Source: Candidatus Saccharimonadota bacterium
GTDB lineage: Bacteria; Pseudomonadota; Gammaproteobacteria; Enterobacterales; Enterobacteriaceae
DNA: 32,000 nucleotides
Direction: 5' to 3'
Assembly (NCBI RefSeq): GCF_004296475.1
Contig: NZ_AP018162.1
Location: 180,001-212,000 of the forward strand
In this document: positions 9,260 through 17,658 of the stretch, piece by piece
How the letters are laid out: every line of letters begins with the position of its first letter
Numbering within the stretch: the stretch's first letter is position 1
Program-made: the position numbers and the translations under genes
The notes under the pieces: model-generated
Seen by the model: only the letters and a program-made list of their open reading frames with translations
Told to the model about the DNA's origin: nothing
Databases searched by the model: none

Positions 9260-10504
9260 TTAATTTACAATTTCTATATAAAAGTTATTTTTATTATTAT
9301 TTATCCATTCTGATATTACACTATTAAATTTTTTATTATATATATCGTTATATGATATTTTATATTTTAAATGATCAATATAATTTATACTTCTAGTTCT
9401 TATTAATTTTAATATATGCCAGTTATTATCTGATATGAAAGGCTTACTAACTTCATTAGGTTTTAATGATAATAATTTATTTCTAAATTCATCTGTATAT
9501 AAATTTATATCTCTCCATGATAAATCTCTTATATAAATAATACCTCTATTATAATGTTTAAGTAAAATCTCATTAAATGAAGTATTATTTTTATTAATAT
9601 CATTAAATATATTATGTATAATGTTTTTAGAATTTAATTCTCTCATATTTATAAATATATTCTTAATAATAACTTCTTTTACATTCTCATTTATTATATT
9701 GTTCTTAACAATACTGCTTATCTTAGATATAAACACATAATTATTTGTAAATACCGGACCTATTATATCATTAACATATGATTCATTACCAATATATCTT
9801 GATAAAAAATTAGGTAATTCTTCTTTGTTTTTATCTTTTATATAAAAGAATTCTATATTTTTTGGAAATTTAGTAAATTCATTAGTATCTAATAATGTTT
9901 TTATACTAACTTTATTATTTATAACTTTATCTACAGTAAATTTTATTAAAGAGTCTAATTTATGTTTATCACTTATTACTGGGATTTTAATAAATTCTAA
10001 ACAATATTTATAGAACATTGAATTTATATAGCTAGAATCTATATTATCTATATTTTTACATATTTCGCTTTCATATACATCTATTTTACTTCTTATTTCT
10101 AAATTATATAATAAATCTACAGTTATTTTTTTTCTTATAAAATCTCTATAATAATTTATATCTATATTATTATTTTTTATAATATCTAAAAATTTATTTC
10201 TGGTTAAAAATTTACTTTTAGCTATATTATCTATATAATAATCAACTCTTAAATCATTTATTAATATACCTTTATCTATAGCTAATTGATAATTCATTTT
10301 TTCTACTATAATTTCATCTAATGAAATTATATTATCTAAAATATTATTACTATTATTTATATTATTTATTTTATTTATTAAATTTATTTCACTTTGTAAT
10401 ATTGCTTCATTATTAAAAATTGCAGAAACTTTATCTATTAAAACTTCAGAAGAAAAACATACATTAGTATTAATTAACAGATATAAAAAGATAAGTTTTA
10501 TCAT
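9260..10504 (-). CDS. surA: Periplasmic chaperone / PPIase SurA
   Basis: 414 aa with a signal-peptide-like N-terminus. VLIDKVSAIFNNEAILQSEIN parallels E. coli VVDKVAAVVNNGVVLESDV, NWHILKLIRTRSIN parallels GWHLIELLDTRNVD, and the C-terminus NKKFNSVISEWINNNKNNFYIEIVN parallels [26 protein letters not shown]. Confidence 0.88.
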   Translation of the reverse strand: MIKLIFLYLLINTNVCFSSEVLIDKVSAIFNNEAILQSEINLINKINNINNSNNILDNIISLDEIIVEKMNYQLAIDKGILINDLRVDYYIDNIAKSKFLTRNKFLDIIKNNNIDINYYRDFIRKKITVDLLYNLEIRSKIDVYESEICKNIDNIDSSYINSMFYKYCLEFIKIPVISDKHKLDSLIKFTVDKVINNKVSIKTLLDTNEFTKFPKNIEFFYIKDKNKEELPNFLSRYIGNESYVNDIIGPVFTNNYVFISKISSIVKNNIINENVKEVIIKNIFINMRELNSKNIIHNIFNDINKNNTSFNEILLKHYNRGIIYIRDLSWRDINLYTDEFRNKLLSLKPNEVSKPFISDNNWHILKLIRTRSINYIDHLKYKISYNDIYNKKFNSVISEWINNNKNNFYIEIVN

Positions 10505-10586
10505 AATTATTTACTTTAAAAAATTAAAAATAAAATATATTATTTTAATATTATAAAGAAATAAATTAATATTACAATATAATAAT

Positions 10587-12608
10587 TTATAGATATCTTT
10601 TTATTTTATTAACTAAATTATTAAAATCAAATTTAAAAAAATTAAGTAAATCTTTTTCTGATCCAGATTTACCAAATGAATTTATTCCTATAATTTCTCC
10701 ATCATTTTCTATATATTTATACCAGAAATTAGTAGTACTTAATTCTATTACTATTTTTGTTGAATTCTTAGGTAACACATATTCTTTATATTTTGAATTT
10801 TGTAAATCAAATATATTTGTAGATGGGATTGATACAATTCTTATATTAAAATTTTTTTCTTTAAAATAATTAAATAATAATACAGATATATTTATTTCTG
10901 ACCCTGTAGATATTATTACTAATTTTTTATTTTTATTACTTGTATTATCATTTAAAATATATCCGCCCTTTTTTATATTTAATATCTTACATTTATCTCT
11001 ATACTGTTGTTTTAAATTTTGTCTTGATAAAATTATTACAGTAGGTCCATTTTTATTTTCTATAGCATATTTCCATGATATTAACGTTTCGATTTGATCA
11101 CATGGTCTCCATAAAATTAAATTAGGTATTTCTCTTAAAGAATTTAATTGTTCTATTGGTTGATGAGTAGGACCATCTTCTCCTAAACATATTGAATCAT
11201 GAGTATATACAAAAATATGATGAGCTTTCATTAAAGCAGACATTCTTATTGCATTTTTAGCATAATCAGAAAATACTAAAAAAGTACTAGTATAAGGAAT
11301 AAATCCTCCATATATTGATATGCCATTTGCTATAGCTGTCATACCAAATTCTCTTACTCCATAGTGTATGTAATTACCATTTATAAAATCATCTTTAATA
11401 TATAAAGATTTATCCCAATATGTTAAATTACTTGATGATAAATCAGCAGAACCACCTAATAATTCTGGTAATATAGGACCTATTTTATTTAAAACATTTA
11501 ATGATGATTTTCTAGTTGAAATATTTATATCTATATTTAAATCTTTTAAAAATTTATCTAAAAATAATTTATTATTAAAATCCCAATTATCTGGGAGAGT
11601 TCTATTTATTCTTCTTATTAATTCTTTTGATAAAATAGGATATTTAGAAGAATATTTAATAAATTTTTTATTCCAATTTAATTCTTTATTTTTTCCTTTA
11701 TCTATAAAATTCCATTTATCATATATATATTTAGGAATTTTAAATAATTCATATTCATCCCAATTTAATGATTTTCTTACATTAATTAACTCTTCATTGC
11801 CTAATGGAGATCCATGAGATATACTTTTTCCAGATTTATTTGGTGATCCGAATGCAATTATAGTATTACATATTATAATAGTTGGTCTATCTGTTATACT
11901 TTTTGCTTTTTCTATAGATTTTTTTATTTCTTCACAATTATGTCCATCTATATTATTTATAACATGCCATTTATATGATTTAAATCTTAATTCTGTATCA
12001 TCATTAAACCAATTTTTTACTTCACCGTCTATTGATATACCATTTTTATCATAAAAAACTATAAGTTTTCCTAAATTTAAATTACCTGCTATAGAACATG
12101 ATTCATGAGATATTCCTTCCATTAAACATCCATCACCTACAAATACATACGTATAATGATCAATTATATTAAAATTATCTTTATTAAATTTTGATGATAA
12201 TAATTTTTCAGCTATTGCAAAACCAACAGCATTAGATATTCCTTGACCAAGAGGTCCTGTAGTTATTTCAACTCCCGGAGTGTGTCTGTACTCCGGGTGT
12301 CCTGGAGTTAAAGAATTAATTTTTCTAAAATTCTTTAAATCTTCTATAGAAACATTATACCCAGTTAAATGTAATATACTATATAAAAGAATTGAACTAT
12401 GTCCATTAGATAGTATAAATCTATCTCTATTTATCCAATTTGGGTTGCTAGGATTATGATTAATATAATCTCTCCATAACACTTCTGCTATATCAGACAT
12501 ACCCATTGGAGCTCCTGGATGACCTGAATTTGCATTTTCAACTGAATCCATACTTAATATTCTTATAGCATTAGCTAAAACTTTTCTAGATACATTATCT
12601 ATATTCAT
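10587..12608 (-). CDS. tkt: Transketolase
   Basis: 673 aa. LANAIRILSMDSVENANSGHPGAPMGMSDIAEVLW, ThDP motif GDGCLMEGISHE, TPGHPE and EDGPTHQPIEQL are all present. Confidence 0.97.
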   Translation of the reverse strand: MNIDNVSRKVLANAIRILSMDSVENANSGHPGAPMGMSDIAEVLWRDYINHNPSNPNWINRDRFILSNGHSSILLYSILHLTGYNVSIEDLKNFRKINSLTPGHPEYRHTPGVEITTGPLGQGISNAVGFAIAEKLLSSKFNKDNFNIIDHYTYVFVGDGCLMEGISHESCSIAGNLNLGKLIVFYDKNGISIDGEVKNWFNDDTELRFKSYKWHVINNIDGHNCEEIKKSIEKAKSITDRPTIIICNTIIAFGSPNKSGKSISHGSPLGNEELINVRKSLNWDEYELFKIPKYIYDKWNFIDKGKNKELNWNKKFIKYSSKYPILSKELIRRINRTLPDNWDFNNKLFLDKFLKDLNIDINISTRKSSLNVLNKIGPILPELLGGSADLSSSNLTYWDKSLYIKDDFINGNYIHYGVREFGMTAIANGISIYGGFIPYTSTFLVFSDYAKNAIRMSALMKAHHIFVYTHDSICLGEDGPTHQPIEQLNSLREIPNLILWRPCDQIETLISWKYAIENKNGPTVIILSRQNLKQQYRDKCKILNIKKGGYILNDNTSNKNKKLVIISTGSEINISVLLFNYFKEKNFNIRIVSIPSTNIFDLQNSKYKEYVLPKNSTKIVIELSTTNFWYKYIENDGEIIGINSFGKSGSEKDLLNFFKFDFNNLVNKIKRYL

Positions 12609-12704
12609 TATTATTATATAACATTATTTAGATTATTAAAAATAAAATACTTGAACTATTAAATTTAATTTAACATATTTTTATTTAATAAACAAATTAA
12701 AATT

Positions 12705-13394
12705 TTATATTAAACATTTAATTTTTTTTGAATCTGGGTTTATATATATATTATTATTTAATTTATTAATAAATATATAATCACCATTTTTAATAAAAAA
12801 AATTATATTATTAAGATATAATATAGGTATATTTTTTATTTTATTAATACTATTATTTTTATATTTATTTATAATTATTAAATTTACATTTTTAAAATTT
12901 AAATTATATAATATATTTATATTTATTAAATTTTTAAAAATTAATATTTTATTTTTTTCTAAAGAAGTTATATTATAAATTTTATTAAATGAATTTTTAT
13001 ATATATTTTTATTTAATCTATTTATAATATCAGTTATTATATCTTCATTTTTTAAAAAAAAATTATATTTATTTTTTAATATATCTATTTGTGATAAATA
13101 TATAGAATAATATATTGAATAATAAGAATTAAATTTTTTCTTTTTTATAAAAAAAATAATATTTTTAATAAAATTTTTTTTACATAATATTTTTATTTGT
13201 ATATTAAATATATTAAATTTATTTTTATTTTTTAAATATTTATTAATTTTTTTATTAATTATTTTTAATTCTTTTATTGTATTTTTTATTCCTAATAATG
13301 TTTTTTTTAATTCATTATCAATTTCAATTTTTTTTATATATTTATATTTTATAAAATTATTCAATTTTAATATAAAAACTGTACCATATATCAT
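12705..13394 (-). CDS. ptsI: PTS Enzyme I (PtsI) N-terminal-domain relic; truncated, histidine-free, possibly a pseudogene
   Basis: 229-aa intact ORF. Three segments align to E. coli PtsI: MIYG vs MISG at the start, [21 protein letters not shown] vs [21 protein letters not shown], and [25 protein letters not shown] vs [25 protein letters not shown]. It is divergent from ligA, consistent with the E. coli ligA-zipA | cysZ-cysK-ptsH-ptsI neighbourhood. The C-terminal PEP-binding domain is absent, and the ORF contains no His. Confidence 0.55.
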   Translation of the reverse strand: [229 protein letters not shown]

Positions 13395-13410
13395 TTTTAA
13401 TTTATAAATT

Positions 13411-15156
13411 ATGAAAAATACTATATATAAAAAAATAAATTTACTAAAAAAAAAAATAAGAAAATTAGAATATAATTATTACATAAATAATAAATCTATA
13501 GTATCAGATTATAATTATGATTTATTAATTAATAAATTAATAAATTTAGAAAATAAATATCCTAAATTATGTACAAATAATTCTCCTACAAAAAAAATAT
13601 ATGATACTACTTTTTTTAATAAAAAAAAAATAAAAAACTATCATATAAAACCTATGCTTTCAATAAAAAATACATATTGTATAAAAGATATAATAAATTT
13701 TGATAAAAACATACATAGAAAATTAAATATAAATAATAATTTAAATATAACTTATTGCTGTGAAGTAAAAATAGATGGTATAGCTTTGAGTATAGTATAT
13801 AAAAATGGTAAATTAATTAAAGCTACTACTAGAGGTAATGGTTTAATAGGAGAAGACGTTACAAAAAATATATCAGGTATAAATAATATTCCATTATTAT
13901 TTAATAATATTAAACATATTCCAAATATTATAGAAATAAGAGGAGAAATATATATATCTAATATAGATTTTAATAAATTAAAATTAAAAAATAAAAAAAT
14001 ATGTAATTCTAGAAATCTAGTTTCTGGGTTTATTAGAAAACATAATATTGAAGAAGAAAATAAAAAATATTTAAATTTTATAAATTATGGTATTGGATAT
14101 ACAGATAATATAAATACAGATAGTCATTATTGCATACTAAAATATAATGAAAAATTAGGTTTAAAAATAGATATTAACAATAAATTATGTAACAGTATAA
14201 AAGATGTTATTAATTATATTAATTCTTTTAATATAATAAAGAAAAATATAGAATATCAAACAGATGGGATAGTTATAAAAGTAAATTCAATAAAACTACA
14301 AAATATTTTAGGGGTATCTTATAAATATCCTAATTGGCTTATATCATATAAATTTACTCCAGAAAAAAAAATAACAAAACTTATAGATATAATATATGAA
14401 ATAAGTAAAAATGGTATTATAACTCCTATAGGAATTTTATTACCTATAATAATAGATGGATCTAAAATAAAAAAAATATCATTATTTAATATTAATTATA
14501 TTAAAAAAATTGATATTATGATCGGCGATTATGTATATATTAAAAAATCAGGTAATGTAATACCTAATATAGAATCAGTTTTAATAGAAAAAAGAAAAAA
14601 TAATTTAGAATTAAAAAAAGTAGAAATAATTAAAAATTGTCCTAGTTGTAAAAATAATATAGAATCAATAAATAATACATTTAAATGTATATCTGATGTA
14701 TATGAATGTAAATCTAAACTTAAATCATATATTTTTCATTTTGTATCAAAAAATTCATTTTCTATATACGGATTAGGAAAAAGATTAATAGAATTATTTG
14801 TTAATGAAAATATAATAAATGATGAAATAGATATATTTAATTTACATAATAAAATAAATATAAATAATAAACTAAAAAAAAATATAATAGAATCAATAAA
14901 TAAATCTAAAAATATAGTTTTTTATAAATTTATATATTCTTTAAATATAAAAAATATAGGAATTCAAACAGCTATTAATATATCAAAAAAATATAAATCT
15001 ATATATGAATTAATTGAATTTGAAAATAATAAAGATTTTTTACTAAAAGTAGTTAATAAAAAAACAATTAATAATATATTAACTTTTTTTAAAAATAGTA
15101 AAAATATAGAAAAAATAAAAAAATTAATAAAAATAGGGATAAATATAATATATTAA
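13411..15156 (+). CDS. ligA: NAD-dependent DNA ligase LigA (short form)
   Basis: 581 aa with adenylation motif [11 protein letters not shown] (KxDG), RGEIYI, and a four-Cys zinc finger [24 protein letters not shown]. It is about 90 aa shorter than E. coli LigA at the C-terminus. Confidence 0.93.
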   Translation: [581 protein letters not shown]

Positions 15157-15229
15157 TGGGTTGTACAGGAATCGAACCTGTGACCAATTGATTAAAAGTC
15201 AACTGCTCTTCCTACTGAGCTAACAACCC
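15157..15229 (-). tRNA. tRNA-Lys (anticodon UUU)
   Basis: Reverse complement is GGGTTGT TA GCTC AGTAGGAA GAGC A GTTGA CTTTTAA TCAAT TGGTC ACAGG TTCGATT CCTGT ACAACCC A, a perfect cloverleaf. No CCA is encoded. The 3' end abuts the ligA stop codon with 0 nt between them. Confidence 0.93.
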
Positions 15230-15237
15230 TAATAAAA

Positions 15238-15310
15238 TAGGTAATGACGGATTTGAACCGTCGACCTTCTCCTTGTAAAAGAGATGCTCTGCCTGCTGAG
15301 CTAATCACCT
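15238..15310 (-). tRNA. tRNA-Val (anticodon UAC)
   Basis: Reverse complement is AGGTGAT TA GCTC AGCAGGCA GAGC A TCTCT TTTACAA GGAGA AGGTC GACGG TTCAAAT CCGTC ATTACCT A, close to E. coli tRNA-Val(UAC). No CCA is encoded. The Val-Lys order divergent from gltX matches E. coli valU..lysV | gltX. Confidence 0.92.
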
Positions 15311-15360
15311 AATAGTATTTTAATTGTTTAATAAAATGAGTCAATATATTTTTGTTTAAT

Positions 15361-16773
15361 ATGAAAAAAATAATAACAAGATTTGCACCAAGCCCTACTG
15401 GTAAATTACATATTGGAAATATAAGAATAGCTTTATATTCATTATTATTTGCTAAAAAATTTAATGGTAAATTCTTATTAAGAATAGAAAATACTAATAA
15501 ATTAAAATGTAATGATAAATATATTTTAGATATTATAAATATAATGAAATGGCTAAAATTAAATTGGGATAATAAAAAAATAATATTTCAATCTGAAAGA
15601 TATAATAGATATAATTATATTTTAAATAAAATGCTTTATAATAATAAAGCATATTACTGTATATGTAATAAAGATAAACTTAATAATACAAAAAAAATAC
15701 AAATAAGTAATAAAATAAAACCAAAATATGATTTATCTTGTAGAAATAAAAATATAAATATATTACATAATAAGTATGTAATAAGATTTAAAAATCCATT
15801 AAATGGAAATGTAATATTTAATGATTTAATTTTTGATAAAATTATATTTAATAATAATGAGTTAGATGATTTTATAATAAAAAAAACTAATGGAGAGTAT
15901 ACATATAATTTTTGCGTTGCTATAGATGATAACGATATGAAAATAACTCATATTATAAGAGGTAATGATCATATAAGTAATACACCAAAGCAAATAAATA
16001 TATTAAAATCTATAAATTTAAAAATACCTAATTATATTCATATTCCATTAATTTTAGATAAAAATAAAAATAAATTATCTAAAAATAGTGATAATTATAT
16101 AGATATATTTGAATATAAAAAAATTGGAATTATCCCAGAAGCTATACTTAATTATTTATTTAATTTAGATTTTAATAAAAAAAATATATTATTTATTGAC
16201 GATATGATAAAAAATTTTTCATTAAAAAATATAAATAAATCATCTAATATTTTTGATGAAAAAAGATTATTTTGGATAAATAAAATATGTATTATTAATT
16301 TAAATGTAAGTATTATATTAAAATATATTAAAAAATATATAAAAGAATATAAATTAAATTTAAAATTAAATAATAAACTATTAATAAATATAATTAATGT
16401 ATATAAATATAGATCAAATACATTAAATGAAATATTAGAAAATTCTAATTATATATATAACGAATTATTAATTAATAAAGAATATTTTTTTAATAAGTTA
16501 AATAATACTAAATTAGTAAGATTTATTTTTAATTTAAAAAAAAATATATTAAAAATTAAAGATTGGAATGAATATAATATAAAAAATACTATAAATAATA
16601 GTATAAATAAAGATTTTATATTAAAAGATATATATGAATTATTAAGAATATTATTAACTGGAAAAATAAATAATACTCCAGAAATAAGTAATATAATATA
16701 TATTTTAGGTAAAAAAAAATTCTCTTTAAGAATAAATAAAATTAAATCGGTAAGAGAGGATTTGAACCTCTGA
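15361..16773 (+). CDS. gltX: Glutamate--tRNA ligase
   Basis: MKKIITRFAPSPTGKLHIGNIR contains HIGH, and KLSKN is the KMSKS equivalent. I prefer ATG at 15361 over the TTG at 15352 used in the ORF track, because it matches E. coli MKIKTRFAPSPTG. The TGA stop at 16771..16773 lies inside the antisense tRNA-Pro gene. Confidence 0.95.
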   Translation: MKKIITRFAPSPTGKLHIGNIRIALYSLLFAKKFNGKFLLRIENTNKLKCNDKYILDIINIMKWLKLNWDNKKIIFQSERYNRYNYILNKMLYNNKAYYCICNKDKLNNTKKIQISNKIKPKYDLSCRNKNINILHNKYVIRFKNPLNGNVIFNDLIFDKIIFNNNELDDFIIKKTNGEYTYNFCVAIDDNDMKITHIIRGNDHISNTPKQINILKSINLKIPNYIHIPLILDKNKNKLSKNSDNYIDIFEYKKIGIIPEAILNYLFNLDFNKKNILFIDDMIKNFSLKNINKSSNIFDEKRLFWINKICIINLNVSIILKYIKKYIKEYKLNLKLNNKLLINIINVYKYRSNTLNEILENSNYIYNELLINKEYFFNKLNNTKLVRFIFNLKKNILKIKDWNEYNIKNTINNSINKDFILKDIYELLRILLTGKINNTPEISNIIYILGKKKFSLRINKIKSVREDLNL

Positions 16774-16820
16774 CCTACTAGTCCCAAACCAGTTGCTCTA
16801 CCAAACTGCGCTACTTACCG
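16747..16820 (-). tRNA. tRNA-Pro (anticodon UGG)
   Basis: Reverse complement is CGGTAAG TA GCGC AGTTTGGTA GAGC A ACTGG TTTGGGA CTAGT AGGTC AGAGG TTCAAAT CCTCT CTTACCG A. No CCA is encoded. Confidence 0.92.
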
Positions 16821-16829
16821 ATAAAATAG

Positions 16830-16903
16830 GGTGATTAATGGGATTCGAACCCATAACATCTGAAACCACAATCCAGAACTCTGCCATTTGAGCTATAATC
16901 ACC
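16830..16903 (-). tRNA. tRNA-His (anticodon GUG, with G-1)
   Basis: Reverse complement is G GTGATTA ... CTGGA TTGTGGT TTCAG ... ATGGG TTCGAAT CCCAT TAATCAC C. The extra 5' G(-1) opposite C73 is the tRNA-His hallmark. No complete CCA is encoded. Confidence 0.9.
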
Positions 16904-16919
16904 ATAATATTTTATTATT

Positions 16920-16991
16920 CTCCTCCGACTGGATTTGAACCAGTGACATACGGATTAACAGTCCGTCGTTCTACCACTGAACTACAGAGGA
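16920..16991 (-). tRNA. tRNA-Asn (anticodon GUU)
   Basis: Reverse complement is TCCTCTG TA GTTC AGTGGTA GAAC G ACGGA CTGTTAA TCCGT ATGTC ACTGG TTCAAAT CCAGT CGGAGGA G, nearly identical in stems to E. coli tRNA-Asn. No CCA is encoded. Confidence 0.93.
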
Positions 16992-16998
16992 ATATATT

Positions 16999-17658
16999 TC
17001 ATTTTAATAAAAAATATGTGTAGAAATTTATTAATATAAAACTTATTAAAATTCCAAATAAAACATCTATTAAATAATGTAATCCTAAAAAAATTCTAGT
17101 ATATAAATTTATAGTATATAATATAAAATAAATTATAAATATATATTTATTAATAATTTTATTATTATATATTTTATAAATTAAAAATATATACATAGAA
17201 AATAAAATTGAATGTCCTGATGGAAATGAATAATAAATATTATGTTCTATATTTAGAATATCAAAAGATATATTTTTAATTTTACCTAAATATATATCTA
17301 TATATTTATTATTACTTTTTTTATTTATATTTTCTCTTATATATAAAAAATAAGGTCTATTTATTTTAATTAAATTTTTAATTATATGTTTTATAAAATT
17401 AGATATAATAAGCAAAAAATTAATAACAAATATATCTTTATTATTAATATTATATAATAAAATATTAAATAAAATAGTTTTTATAAAAATAAAATATTTA
17501 TTATTAAATAATTTTATTATATTTAAAAATAATAATATATAAAAATTATTTATATAATATATAGGTTTCCATTTCCAATTTAATAATTTTAATATTATTA
17601 TTGGGATCAATAATAAAATAAATATATAAAACAAAATAAATTTTAAAAATTCAAACAA
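16999..17658 (-). CDS. PAP2-family membrane phosphatase (undecaprenyl-diphosphatase / PgpB-like)
   Basis: 219-aa polytopic hydrophobic ORF with all three PAP2 motifs: K-x6-RP (KNLIKINRP), PSGH (FPSGHS) and (S/T)R-x5-H-x3-D (TRIFLGLHYLID). The first codon after the upstream stop is TTG (17658..17656) and there is no nearby ATG, so the start is uncertain. It overlaps the ppiD 3' end by 16 nt. Confidence 0.75.
   Translation of the reverse strand: MFEFLKFILFYIFILLLIPIIILKLLNWKWKPIYYINNFYILLFLNIIKLFNNKYFIFIKTILFNILLYNINNKDIFVINFLLIISNFIKHIIKNLIKINRPYFLYIRENINKKSNNKYIDIYLGKIKNISFDILNIEHNIYYSFPSGHSILFSMYIFLIYKIYNNKIINKYIFIIYFILYTINLYTRIFLGLHYLIDVLFGILISFILINFYTYFLLK

Noticed and set aside
12284-12307. 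GC-rich inverted repeat CCCGGAG-N10-CTCCGGG, which is conspicuous in this A+T-rich sequence. It could be a hairpin, terminator or regulatory site.
   Set aside because: It lies inside tkt, in the stretch encoding the conserved ..TPGHPEYRHTPGVE.. segment. The G/C comes from obligatory Pro/Gly codons, and there is no flanking T-run or intergenic context.
16449-16787. 112-aa minus-strand ORF.
   Set aside because: It is antisense to the gltX 3' end, and its first codons would lie inside tRNA-Pro. It has no motif and is a composition artefact.
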